IMG/VR virus record: IMGVR_UViG_3300009034_000035
Coordinates: 1 to 63,255 of that record
Direction: 5' to 3' (one strand)
Length of the DNA: 63,255 bases
Source of the DNA: a virus
Lineage: Duplodnaviria; Caudoviricetes
Below the pieces are notes generated by a model, which was given only the letters and a program-made list of their open reading frames with translations, did not search any database and had not been told where the DNA came from. Positions within the stretch are counted from its first letter, which is position 1. Each line of letters begins with the position of its first letter. Both the position numbers and the translations under genes were made by a program. Below are positions 1-9,211 of this stretch, one piece after another.

Positions 1-489
1 CAGAGTTAATTATAGATGTTACCTGGCTATTCTACCTATAGAAACATAGAGAGTTAAACCGTATGGTTAAACTAATGATTAAATATATAATACTGCACAG
101 TGTAAAAGTGGAAGTTGAATAGAGGGTGAAATTTATGTTTTCTTATATACAGCTCATCTTTTTGAAAAATCTTTAAATATAATGATAATATTTCTATTAT
201 TTGAGGAAAAGTTAAATGAAGCCTAAATTTTGTATTGGAACAATTAAACAACCAACTAATAGTGATAGTCATGCATGGAGAGGTAAATGGAGTGTAAATT
301 GTGTTAATATGTGGGTAGCTACATTAGGTAAAAGATTAAATCTTAAAAATGCAATTTTAGGACATAGTATTATAATGATACATGAAATAACTCATGCATT
401 AAGTGGAGAGTCTTATTGCTGGTCACATATTAATGGTAAAATTGTTTATTGGGATGAAACTATAGAAAGAATACTAAAAGAAGTTTTAG
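1..489. repeat. Terminal direct repeat, left copy (489 bp)
   Basis: 1-489 (cagagttaat...aagttttag) reappears at 62767-63255; indicates a circularly complete or terminally redundant genome. Confidence 0.97.
164..180 (+). promoter_or_regulatory. Archaeal BRE-TATA promoter
   Basis: gaaaaatctttaaatat about 35 nt before the ATG at 216; same motif family recurs before many genes. Confidence 0.7.
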
Positions 490-524
490 ATATGAATGAT
501 GTAATTGTTTGGGAAACCAATTAA
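216..524 (+). CDS. Small protein with HExxH zincin-like motif
   Basis: IHEITH motif; own promoter; copy at right end truncated by the window end. Confidence 0.55.
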   Translation: MKPKFCIGTIKQPTNSDSHAWRGKWSVNCVNMWVATLGKRLNLKNAILGHSIIMIHEITHALSGESYCWSHINGKIVYWDETIERILKEVLDMNDVIVWETN

Positions 525-538
525 ATTACTGTATTTTT

Positions 539-554
539 GAAAACCTTTAAATAT
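539..554 (+). promoter_or_regulatory. BRE-TATA promoter
   Basis: gaaaacctttaaatat upstream of the radical SAM gene. Confidence 0.75.
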
Positions 555-589
555 AGTTTAATTATTATAGTAATATAGATGATGGAAAA

Positions 590-1465
590 ATGAAGATTGG
601 TATTATACAATTAGATGGTAAATGGCCTAATTTAGCATTGATGAAGATAGCTAAATGGCATATTGATAGAAAGGATGAAGTAACAATATTAGATCTAAGT
701 GGATATAAATTTGATAGAACTTATGGTAGTAAGATATTTATGGGAGGATCAGGCTATGATGTTAAATCTAAACTTCCATCTAACATTGAATGTATAGTAC
801 CAGATTATGAACTATTTAACATGAGTAAAGGAGAAAAAATAGGATTTACATCTAGAGGTTGTATTAGAAATTGTCCATTTTGTATAGTAAGAGAAAAGGA
901 AGGGAACATAAAGGAAGTTAATTTAACATGGATGAAAGGAGCATTAAGAGTTATAGTTCTAGATAATAATTTTTTAGCTAGTCCATTATGGAAAGAGAAG
1001 TTAGAATACTTCATTAAGTATAAAGTTAAAGTATGTTTTAGTCAAGGGTTAGATATTAGGTTAATCAATAAGGAAAATACAGAGTTACTATCTAAAGTTA
1101 AATTTTATAATCATACATTCAGAGGAAGAACATTATACTTTGCTTTTGATGATCCCAAGTTAGCTTCTCTAGTTAAGAAGAAAGTAAAGGTTCTTAATGA
1201 TGCTGGAATAAAGTCTTATTATATGTTGTTTTATGTATTAGTAGGATTTAATACTACATTAGATCAAGATCTTTATAGGGTAAAATTACTTAAGAAATTA
1301 GGAGTAAGACCATTCATTATGATATATAATAATAGAAAAGATAAGAAGGCTCTTAGAGATTTAGCTAGATGGGTTAATCTTAATTATTATAAAGTAGTTG
1401 ATTTTAAGGATTACAAACCCAATTATAAAAAGGTTATAACTAGAGATAAAATAGGATCATGTTAA
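590..1465 (+). CDS. Radical SAM protein
   Basis: TSRGCIRNCPFC (CxxxCxxC), N-terminal PNLALMK, DNNFLA, QGLDIRL. Confidence 0.9.
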   Translation: MKIGIIQLDGKWPNLALMKIAKWHIDRKDEVTILDLSGYKFDRTYGSKIFMGGSGYDVKSKLPSNIECIVPDYELFNMSKGEKIGFTSRGCIRNCPFCIVREKEGNIKEVNLTWMKGALRVIVLDNNFLASPLWKEKLEYFIKYKVKVCFSQGLDIRLINKENTELLSKVKFYNHTFRGRTLYFAFDDPKLASLVKKKVKVLNDAGIKSYYMLFYVLVGFNTTLDQDLYRVKLLKKLGVRPFIMIYNNRKDKKALRDLARWVNLNYYKVVDFKDYKPNYKKVITRDKIGSC

Positions 1466-1549
1466 TTCTTCTATATTGTGTATTTCTGTATTACACTTAA
1501 ACAATAAGCTTTATATATAGAAGAAGATTAAAATTTTATAAGTGAATAG

Positions 1550-1880
1550 TATGCCTAAGATTAAAGATAAAATTATTCAATCTATTAAAGGAGCAGGAAA
1601 ATTTGAAGATCCAGTTATAACTCCAACATTACCTACATCTATTGAAGTAGGAGACAAGGTTACTCCTCAGATCAATGTTAAGAGGGATGATGGTACTACT
1701 CCTATTGAAGGACTAACAGTACATTTCTTTGTTGAAGACTCATTATCATTTGTTAGTTTAGGATCTAATAATACTAATGTAGATGGTGATGCATCAGCTC
1801 CCAATCCATATATGGTAAGTGAAGAACAGTCTGAGGAAGACATAACATTTATATTCTTTATTAGAGGAAAGAAGCTTTGA
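1550..1880 (+). CDS. Ig-like beta-sandwich protein
   Basis: DGTTPIEGLTVHFFV...TNVDGDA pattern typical of Big/Ig-like folds; promoter aagctttatata at about 1506. Confidence 0.5.
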
Positions 1881-2013
1881 GGATAAAGAGTGTAATATTA
1901 TCAGTTAAACTTAAGGTTACTGCTAGAAGAGGTGGAGGCCACTATTCTACTGTAGATGGATGGTGGAAGCCAAAGTATACATTGTAGTACATTTAGTTAC
2001 ATTTTTTATTTTT

Positions 2014-2032
2014 AGAAAGCTTTATATTTTAG
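2014..2032 (+). promoter_or_regulatory. BRE-TATA promoter
   Basis: agaaagctttatattttag, nearly identical to the copies at 3598 and 41088. Confidence 0.75.
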
Positions 2033-2066
2033 TATACATACTTATATAATTATAAGGTGAAATAGA

Positions 2067-2417
2067 ATGGATAGTAAAATTCTTTTTCCTCTCTTATATG
2101 CTATATCAGTACTATTTTTTAATATCATTAATTGGTATGGGGCAAAAAATACATCATCATTAATAAGTACAATAAAATATGCTTTTTTAACATTACCAAT
2201 TCAATTAGTAGCTTACGTATTACTTGTTCAAGGATTTAATATAGGATATAAGATATATGAGAATTTTTATTCTATTATAATAATTTCTGTTACTATATCA
2301 TGGATTATGAAGATAATAACAGCTTATGGGTTTGATAAAAAAATACCAACATTAGGACAAATAATAGCATTAGCATTATTAATTATAGCTAATTTTATTC
2401 AGAAAATAATAAAATAA
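2067..2417 (+). CDS. Four-TM small membrane protein (DMT/SMR-like)
   Basis: Four hydrophobic segments, C-terminal PTLGQIIALALLI; SD aggtga. Confidence 0.55.
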   Translation: MDSKILFPLLYAISVLFFNIINWYGAKNTSSLISTIKYAFLTLPIQLVAYVLLVQGFNIGYKIYENFYSIIIISVTISWIMKIITAYGFDKKIPTLGQIIALALLIIANFIQKIIK

Positions 2418-2525
2418 TATTGTAAATATATGATATATTTTTATCAAATAATTCATTAATTAGAACATTCTATATATAACCTTTATATACAATTGAATTA
2501 TATAATAATATATGGAGAATAGAAT

Positions 2526-2738
2526 ATGGCTATTAAGATAAAGGTAAAAATAAAGCATGGTAATCCACAAGTAGAATTTATATTCACCATTGATGAGAAT
2601 AACATACTTATACCATTAAATCCAGAGAACCGTATATTTAATGCTACTAACTTTAATCACATATTAAATGGAGTATTATTAATTAAAGGATTAATGGAAA
2701 GAGCTAATATATCTAAGGTAGAGATAGAAGAAGAGTAG
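2526..2738 (+). CDS. Hypothetical protein, probable paralogue of 31671-31886
   Basis: C-terminus LMERANISKVEIEEE resembles FLRANDIKKLEFEEEEE; promoter aacctttatata at 2478. Confidence 0.6.
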   Translation: MAIKIKVKIKHGNPQVEFIFTIDENNILIPLNPENRIFNATNFNHILNGVLLIKGLMERANISKVEIEEE

Positions 2739-2790
2739 AAAGAAACCTTTATATATTATCATATTCTCTTTTTCTATTAGATGAATAGAA

Positions 2791-3084
2791 GTGAAGAAAG
2801 GGTATAAAGTCTATTTAACTCTTTTTCTTCCTTTGCTTATTTATTTTACTACATGCCTACTTACATTCTATTTGGTAGATATAAGACAGACTCATATAGA
2901 GCTAAATCCAAATAGTCAATATAATAATATTATAGGTATAACTATTGTCTCTATGTTAATAGTAACTTGTTCATTCCTTTTCCATGTATTATCCTGGAGA
3001 ATAGGTAAGTCCTTTATTAAACATATTATGAGTCTAATTCTATTTTCAAATTTGATGATTGATCTAATATCTCTTATAGTTTAA
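2791..3084 (+). CDS. Membrane protein (3 TM)
   Basis: Hydrophobic ORF; promoter agaaacctttatata at 2741. Confidence 0.6.
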   Translation: MKKGYKVYLTLFLPLLIYFTTCLLTFYLVDIRQTHIELNPNSQYNNIIGITIVSMLIVTCSFLFHVLSWRIGKSFIKHIMSLILFSNLMIDLISLIV

Positions 3085-3112
3085 CCAAAATGGAAATGTT
3101 TATATAGGATGA

Positions 3113-3241
3113 TAGTATTAGGATTTATATAGAGCTTCATCCTGTGGCAGTCCAGCTTCAGGGTGTGGACAATGCTACATCATAGAAGTATCATGGGTAC
3201 TATGGTGAAGACGGGAAGACAACAAGACCAATCCTATACTA
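3113..3241 (+). ncRNA. Candidate structured ncRNA (multi-stem junction)
   Basis: GC-richer intergenic block with nested G-U-containing stems; TATA at 3099. Confidence 0.4.
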
Positions 3242-3346
3242 CTATAATAGATAAATAAATTGGTTTAGTAAAATATAGATATTGGAAGTGGATTGGAACC
3301 ATGATCCATTCCAAGATAGTTATATACTTTAAAGGAGTGTGAGTGT

Positions 3347-3568
3347 ATGGAGTATGAAGTAAGATATAAATTGATTTTGGATGATTCTTCTGATATTCAG
3401 AAAATTTCTATAGTTGAAGCCATTAATGCTGAATCTATTGAAGAAGCTTTTAGTATAGCTGAAAAATTGAAAGGGATCATATTTCAAAAAGTGTCTACTG
3501 AATTATATCCTAAAATGCATGTTGCTATTGGTATTACTGCAATTATTAATGCATGTCTTAAACAGTAA
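3347..3568 (+). CDS. Hypothetical protein
   Basis: ORF with SD ggag. Confidence 0.6.
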   Translation: MEYEVRYKLILDDSSDIQKISIVEAINAESIEEAFSIAEKLKGIIFQKVSTELYPKMHVAIGITAIINACLKQ

Positions 3569-3597
3569 TTTAATATAATTTATAGTTTAACTTTTTT

Positions 3598-3616
3598 AGA
3601 AAGGTTTATATTCTAG
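3598..3616 (+). promoter_or_regulatory. BRE-TATA promoter
   Basis: agaaaggtttatattctag before the operon starting at 3643. Confidence 0.75.
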
Positions 3617-3642
3617 CATGTGGTATTTCTAAGTGGCTAAAA

Positions 3643-3852
3643 ATGAAAGCAAGAAGATTTAAATGGTCAGGGAGCTATGAATGTCTTACTTGTAGTCATA
3701 TTGATTATTATGATGAAGGGGATATAGTAAGATGTTATGCATGTGGTTCTCCTTTCTTAAAGATGACTTGTTCAACTCATAAGGCTTGTTCAACAGGTAA
3801 GAAACTTAAATGTTGTGAAAGCTGTGATGGAGATTGTTGGTTAAATGAGTAG
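3643..3852 (+). CDS. Cys-rich Zn-finger protein
   Basis: CLTC, CYAC, CESC motifs. Confidence 0.65.
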   Translation: MKARRFKWSGSYECLTCSHIDYYDEGDIVRCYACGSPFLKMTCSTHKACSTGKKLKCCESCDGDCWLNE

Positions 3853-3944
3853 TGAAGAAGAGGAAGATTTTAATATTAGATTAACTAATTTATTAAATTG
3901 GTGTTCATGGTTAAAACGTAGAAAGAAATGGAAGAGAAGAGTAA

Positions 3945-5522
3945 ATGAGAGAATTTAAGATAGAGAATACTGATAAGAGACAAAAATTTATAGATGGTTC
4001 ATTAACATCAAGTCAAAAGATGAGTGGGAAGGATGTTGAATACTATAGCCCATCTACAGGGTTTACTCTTCTAGAGAAACAGGCCCAGATCAGATACAAT
4101 AGGATCTCAGTACAAAGAGCATTATCAGCGGCTAAACTAAGTTTAGAAGTACCATTAGAGCTTAGAGAGTTTTATTATACATTGGGAGCAAGGCCAGATC
4201 TAGTTAAGCCTTATGAAGATTGTCAAGCTGATGCTATATATCCAGAAGTATTAAGGGCCATTAAGAACGTTGAGATCTTATGTGACATAGGAAGAGAAAC
4301 ATTCTGTATAGGTAACTTGAGTAAGGGCTTTATATTCTATACTCACTCAGAACATTATGGGGATAAGGATAGGAGAGTAGCTTTTACCGAGAGAATAGCT
4401 AGGTCAGTAATAACCGATGAAGAACTAGAAGGATGTCAAAATATTATAGTACTAGAGAAGAATGCGGCAGCTACTAGGTTAGTAGATCTAAACTTTAGTG
4501 AACTATCTAATAGCGTAATAGTAACTGTAGGAGGAAACTTCAATAGGGCTATTTGGGAATTAACTAAGAGGTTTAATGGTAAGAAAAATATTCTATTCCT
4601 GGCCGATGGAGATGTATATGGAGTAGATATGTTAAGGACCATTCAGGCTGGAACAGAATCAAGTAGACACTTAGATTATAAATTTCCTCCAGTTAATAAT
4701 CCAGGAATATATCTTACAGGTCTATTTCCATCTGTAGGAGAAGATCTAAATTTACCTAATGATAAAGAACAGAAGAGACCTAGTCAAAGACCAGCTACTA
4801 GGAAGAGAATAGCATTCTTAGAGAGATATGGACTAGTAGATGAAAGGGATGTAGCTACATGGCTAGAAGCAGATAAGACTTATGAATTAGAGTCTCTATC
4901 TACTCATTATAGGAATAATGAGAACAAGCCAGTTGGTCTAGCTATTTATTTAACTGAATATATGAGGTTACATAATATACCAGCAAAACCTCCATTACCT
5001 CCAGATGAAGAGTTAGAAGAGCAGTTTAGAAAAGAAGCTAAAGAAGAACTTAAGATGGAAATAGAGGAGAAGATAAAGTATCCTAAAAGCTTTTGGACCT
5101 TATACTATAAGTTAAATGACGAACAAGCAGATCTAAAGGAGAGAATATTTGATCATCTGTTGCCAGCTTATGAAGAAGCCTTAGATAAAGTTACAGCCAA
5201 AGAAATTAAATACCATATTTATAAGCAGTTTGAAAGAGATCCTAGTAGAGCTACTTATGATCTAAAGGAAATAGCTCATAAGCTAAAGAAGAGGTTTAAC
5301 ATTATAATAGAATGGGCCATGGAGAAACTTGAAGAAGCTATTGATGAGCTACTAGCAGACTGGGAAGAAAGAGACTTTGAAACAGATGTAAAGTTTGAGC
5401 CTATCCATAATGAAGAAAGAAAAGAGTTTAATGAGTATGATCTTATACTTCAAAGATTGGGAGCTAATATGGAAGATGCCGAGGAAATAAGAGGAGCATT
5501 GAAAAAGAGGTTTAATAAATGA
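3945..5522 (+). CDS. top6A: Topoisomerase VI subunit A / Spo11-like protein with C-terminal helical extension
   Basis: Winged-helix catalytic motif LREFYY, then RETFCI...KG; TOPRIM motifs VLEK and LADGDVYG. Confidence 0.85.
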   Translation: MREFKIENTDKRQKFIDGSLTSSQKMSGKDVEYYSPSTGFTLLEKQAQIRYNRISVQRALSAAKLSLEVPLELREFYYTLGARPDLVKPYEDCQADAIYPEVLRAIKNVEILCDIGRETFCIGNLSKGFIFYTHSEHYGDKDRRVAFTERIARSVITDEELEGCQNIIVLEKNAAATRLVDLNFSELSNSVIVTVGGNFNRAIWELTKRFNGKKNILFLADGDVYGVDMLRTIQAGTESSRHLDYKFPPVNNPGIYLTGLFPSVGEDLNLPNDKEQKRPSQRPATRKRIAFLERYGLVDERDVATWLEADKTYELESLSTHYRNNENKPVGLAIYLTEYMRLHNIPAKPPLPPDEELEEQFRKEAKEELKMEIEEKIKYPKSFWTLYYKLNDEQADLKERIFDHLLPAYEEALDKVTAKEIKYHIYKQFERDPSRATYDLKEIAHKLKKRFNIIIEWAMEKLEEAIDELLADWEERDFETDVKFEPIHNEERKEFNEYDLILQRLGANMEDAEEIRGALKKRFNK

Positions 5523-5636
5523 AATGTAGTATAAAAGGATGTAATAAGCAAGCTAAAGTTTTTATGCAGGAATTACAACTTTGTAGGTTTCATTGGGAGC
5601 AAATATGTAAATTACCTTACCAAAGGAGATTATAAA

Positions 5637-6086
5637 ATGATAACTTGGATAACTGGGAATGTGGCAATAGGGGAATATACAGATGCTAGAAATGTAGAAT
5701 TATTAATGAAGGAAAAGATAGATTGCATACTCAATTTAAGAGTAAATAATACTGAAGAAATTGCAGATGAGATTTTAGAAGAGACTTTAGATCAATGTGC
5801 TAAAGAAGGATTTATTCCAGGTTATTATCATATTGAAGTGGGTAGACATCAAGGATTAGAACCTATTAAGATAGAATTAAGAACAGCAGCTTATATGTTA
5901 GAATTATTGGCAAAGAAGTATAAGAGGATTTTAGTTCATTGTACAGCAGGGATGGATAGAGCACCTTTTGTAGTAGCATATTGGATACATAAATATAATA
6001 GTATGGAATTATGGGATTTTAATAAGTCATATTCTTTTGTTAAAGAGAAAAGACCCCAAATAATAGAACATTATGAGTGGGTATAG
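5637..6086 (+). CDS. Dual-specificity protein phosphatase
   Basis: LVHCTAGMDRA (HCxxGxxR) and YSFVKEKRP. Confidence 0.92.
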   Translation: MITWITGNVAIGEYTDARNVELLMKEKIDCILNLRVNNTEEIADEILEETLDQCAKEGFIPGYYHIEVGRHQGLEPIKIELRTAAYMLELLAKKYKRILVHCTAGMDRAPFVVAYWIHKYNSMELWDFNKSYSFVKEKRPQIIEHYEWV

Positions 6087-6413
6087 ATGAAAATTATTAA
6101 GAATGAAAGAGATGAGCAATTACTTATTCATTATATGATGCTTACTAGACAAATGACTAGACTCTCAGATTGTTTTATGCATATTATTAGACTTAGTACT
6201 CAAGAGTCAGGAAGACATGGAAGTAAAGATCTTGATTATAAAGGTTATAAAGCTTATGCCCAAACAGAATTAAGTGATATTTTATGTCAAGTAGAAAAAC
6301 TATGTAAAATTCTTGGATTAAATTTTAATGAAACTCTTATGATGGGGTTTAAACGTGATAAAGAAAAAGAAGAAGAATATTTAGAAAAACATCCTAGTGA
6401 TGAGTGGATATAA
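6087..6413 (+). CDS. MazG-like NTP pyrophosphohydrolase
   Basis: ELSDILCQV...LGLNFNE helix pattern; similar to 55056-55403. Confidence 0.55.
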   Translation: MKIIKNERDEQLLIHYMMLTRQMTRLSDCFMHIIRLSTQESGRHGSKDLDYKGYKAYAQTELSDILCQVEKLCKILGLNFNETLMMGFKRDKEKEEEYLEKHPSDEWI

Positions 6414-6664
6414 TAATGTGGTTTAAACATTTAAAGTATCTTAAAGAGCCAGAAATTAATAGTTTAAGATTAACTCTAGGTCATTATCAGTTGTTCATTT
6501 GGGAAGATACAGATGATGCAGTTAACCATACTGAAAGAGGCTCATTTGTAGAAGCATTTCTAGCTGAACCAAGAATAATGTTAATAGATCTAAATGATCT
6601 ACGGAGGCAAATTGAAGAGGACCAGGAAGAGGATAAATGGAGAAAGTTAGATTATGTTAATTAG
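6404..6664 (+). CDS. Hypothetical protein
   Basis: Coupled ORF in + operon. Confidence 0.5.
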   Translation: MDIIMWFKHLKYLKEPEINSLRLTLGHYQLFIWEDTDDAVNHTERGSFVEAFLAEPRIMLIDLNDLRRQIEEDQEEDKWRKLDYVN

Positions 6665-6920
6665 GAAAGGTTTAAATAGTATAGTGTGGTATAGGTATTT
6701 GGTCAAGATGAAGAGACAAATAATAAAGCATCTACTTAAAATCACTATGGCAATTCAATGTATATGGACAACTTCTAAGGCCTTTAGGTATTTATGGGAC
6801 TTTACTAATTGTCCAATTGCAGAACTTAATCAGGGTGCTTTAGCTCTTGTAGGCTTTAGTTGGATATTTCTATTTGTTAATTGGATGTTGACTGGAGTAG
6901 TAGTATTAGGAGGAAAATAG
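6654..6920 (+). CDS. Hypothetical membrane protein
   Basis: Two hydrophobic segments; true start may be the ATG near 6708. Confidence 0.5.
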   Translation: MLIRKGLNSIVWYRYLVKMKRQIIKHLLKITMAIQCIWTTSKAFRYLWDFTNCPIAELNQGALALVGFSWIFLFVNWMLTGVVVLGGK

Positions 6921-7034
6921 AATAGTTACTCTCAGTATAAAAAATTGGAAAATAAGAGTAGATAAATTACATAAGTTGATAGCCACTGGAAAAGTTATAT
7001 ATCATGGTCCAGTTATAGATTTAAAAGATACTAA

Positions 7035-7247
7035 GTGGAGATAAAAATGGTAACTTGTTCTAAATGTCAAGAAGAAGTAGAGATAGAACCTATAGATGAA
7101 GTAGATGACTTAGGTATAATTGATGAGGATGAAGAAGTGAAAATTCATAATATATTAGTTGAATATGAATGTTTAACTTGTGGAGAAGTATTTACTAGTA
7201 CAGTTACTAGAGCAGTACTTAAAGGAGAAAAAGAAGATGAAGAATAG
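7035..7247 (+). CDS. Acidic Zn-ribbon protein
   Basis: CSKC...CLTC. Confidence 0.65.
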   Translation: MEIKMVTCSKCQEEVEIEPIDEVDDLGIIDEDEEVKIHNILVEYECLTCGEVFTSTVTRAVLKGEKEDEE

Positions 7248-7365
7248 AGAAGGACTTAGACAAGCTCTTAGAACATACTTAAGTCAATATAAGGCATCAG
7301 ATTTAGGTACTATGGTGGAAGATATATTAGTAATTGTAGAACAACATATAAAGGTTGAGGAATAA

Positions 7366-7560
7366 ATGAGAAAAAGTGAAGTTGAAGAATTTTTAAATGC
7401 ATGGATAGAAGAGTTAAAAGTAGTTGGAATTACTGATGGAGAAGTTATTTTGGAATATCCTTCTTGGCCTAAACCTAAGATTATAGTTCTTTATCTTAAT
7501 CATGAACTTAATGAGGATCAAGGTCTACCTAAAGAATTTAGTATGGGGAAAGAAAGATGA
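7366..7560 (+). CDS. Hypothetical protein
   Basis: Coupled ORF. Confidence 0.55.
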   Translation: MRKSEVEEFLNAWIEELKVVGITDGEVILEYPSWPKPKIIVLYLNHELNEDQGLPKEFSMGKER

Positions 7561-7863
7561 GTGATAAAGTAAGAAGTAAAATGCAGTTAATTGGAACATT
7601 TAAAATAATGAAGACAACTATAGATATATGGATGGACGGGGAAGGTACTATTATTTTAGGTGGAATAGCTTGGGTAGAATATTATAAGTATATGGAAATG
7701 AAATTAGAAGAAGAGAAGAGGAAAGAAAAATGATATGTTCTAAATGTGGAGATAAACATCTTAAGTATATAAAGTCCAGGAAGCAGAATTGGAAAGGTAG
7801 AACAGACTATTCAAGTAGACAAAGTTTAGAACCTAGAAAAGATTTTAGAGTTAAGTGTAAAAA

Positions 7864-8148
7864 ATGTGGTTGGGAAGGGGAATTAAAATGACAAAATATA
7901 AAAAAGTAAAAACAAGATATAGAGTAGGAAATATGTTCTTTCCATCTAAAGAATATTTTGATAATTTAATTAGGTTAGGATTAATAGCTAAGTATGATTG
8001 TAGTCCGCAGTTAAGAGAACAACATGATAAGATGATGGAGGCAAGAAGGGGAAGTTTACCTATGTTAAAGAGATTAGAAGTTTTTATGGAAGAAATGGAT
8101 TGTAGTAGAATAAGGGAACTAAAGCCAATTGAAGGAAACTTTAAATAA
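7864..8148 (+). CDS. Hypothetical protein
   Basis: ORF; likely start at the ATG near 7888. Confidence 0.5.
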   Translation: MWLGRGIKMTKYKKVKTRYRVGNMFFPSKEYFDNLIRLGLIAKYDCSPQLREQHDKMMEARRGSLPMLKRLEVFMEEMDCSRIRELKPIEGNFK

Positions 8149-8188
8149 AGCCAAATTAAAGTATAATTATAGAAGAGGAAGATATTAG

Positions 8189-8740
8189 ATGAATGGAAAA
8201 TTGATAATTATTGAAGGAGTAGATGGTTCAGGTAAAAGTACTTTAATTGAAGGTTTGAGAAGAATAGGTATATTTGATTATATGTTCAATTATTCTTATC
8301 CTACAGAAGTAAGTCTATTACAAAATGCTTCTTTTGTTAAGGGAGAACATATAGCTAGTATAAGAATATTTAAAGAATTAATAGCTAGAGGAAAAACTAT
8401 AGTATGTGACAGGTTCCACTTATCAGAATATGCTTATGGTCCAGTTAAAAGAAATTATCCTTATTGGTTAGCTAAATGTGCATTAGATATAGAGGACATA
8501 TTAATTAAAGAATTAAGTAGTAAGAAAGTTAAATTAATAATGTTAGGATTTATGGATCATAATAATGTGAAAGGAAGAATAAGTAATAAAGACTATTTAA
8601 AGAATTTAGAAGAGGTCAAGAAAGTAAATCAAAATTATATAGAAGCCTTTCATATGAGCAAATTAGAAAGAATATTTATATATACTGATACAGCTAGTAA
8701 AGAAGAAGTATTTAAACAGGCAATGAATTTTCTATGTTAA
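8189..8740 (+). CDS. tmk: Thymidylate (dNMP) kinase
   Basis: IIIEGVDGSGKST P-loop and VCDRFHLSEYAY; promoter gaaactttaaata at 8135. Confidence 0.88.
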   Translation: MNGKLIIIEGVDGSGKSTLIEGLRRIGIFDYMFNYSYPTEVSLLQNASFVKGEHIASIRIFKELIARGKTIVCDRFHLSEYAYGPVKRNYPYWLAKCALDIEDILIKELSSKKVKLIMLGFMDHNNVKGRISNKDYLKNLEEVKKVNQNYIEAFHMSKLERIFIYTDTASKEEVFKQAMNFLC

Positions 8741-8868
8741 TGTTTAAAGGAGAAAATAAAATATGGAATGGAATATATTTACTGCTATTATAGTTTCTAT
8801 AATTCTTTTGGTTGCTTATGTTAGTAGCTTTTATATGACTGATTATATCTTAAAAAGAGGGTTGAAAA

Positions 8869-9210
8869 GTGGGAAAAGCAAAAGAAGAAGAAAAGAAAGT
8901 AAAAGTTGAGGAAGTAGAAACTCCTATTAAATATATTCAACATAAACAAATTGTAAGTAAAGCAAGAGAAGAAGCAAGAATATTAGATTGTGGGTGTAAG
9001 ATAGGAAGAACAGGTGGACCTTGGTTCTATGACTATTTATGTGAAGAACATGTTAAGGAAGTTCAAGGTAAGGATGGGAAGTATAGTTATAATAAGGCAT
9101 TATCTTTGACTGTAAAGCTTAATAAGATAATGAGAGAGAAAGAAATAGAAGAACAGTTAATAAAGAAAGGTGATTGTAATCACAAGTGTAAAAAATGTGG
9201 AAGGTTTTAG
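8869..9210 (+). CDS. Hypothetical Cys/His-containing protein
   Basis: DCGC, CEEH, CKKC. Confidence 0.55.
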   Translation: MGKAKEEEKKVKVEEVETPIKYIQHKQIVSKAREEARILDCGCKIGRTGGPWFYDYLCEEHVKEVQGKDGKYSYNKALSLTVKLNKIMREKEIEEQLIKKGDCNHKCKKCGRF

Positions 9211-9211
9211 T

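Noticed and set aside
72-272. Minus-strand 66-aa ORF (and its copy at 62838-63038)
   Set aside because: Overlaps a promoter and the + strand gene; no SD or recognisable motif
1877-1987. Possible frameshifted C-terminus of the Ig-like protein
   Set aside because: No X XXY YYZ site; the TTGA overlap is equally explained by a coupled 36-aa ORF
3283-3313. ggaag-t-ggatt-ggaac as a fourth GGA-NN array
   Set aside because: Only 2-3 units, phase broken, and explained as one arm of a hairpin
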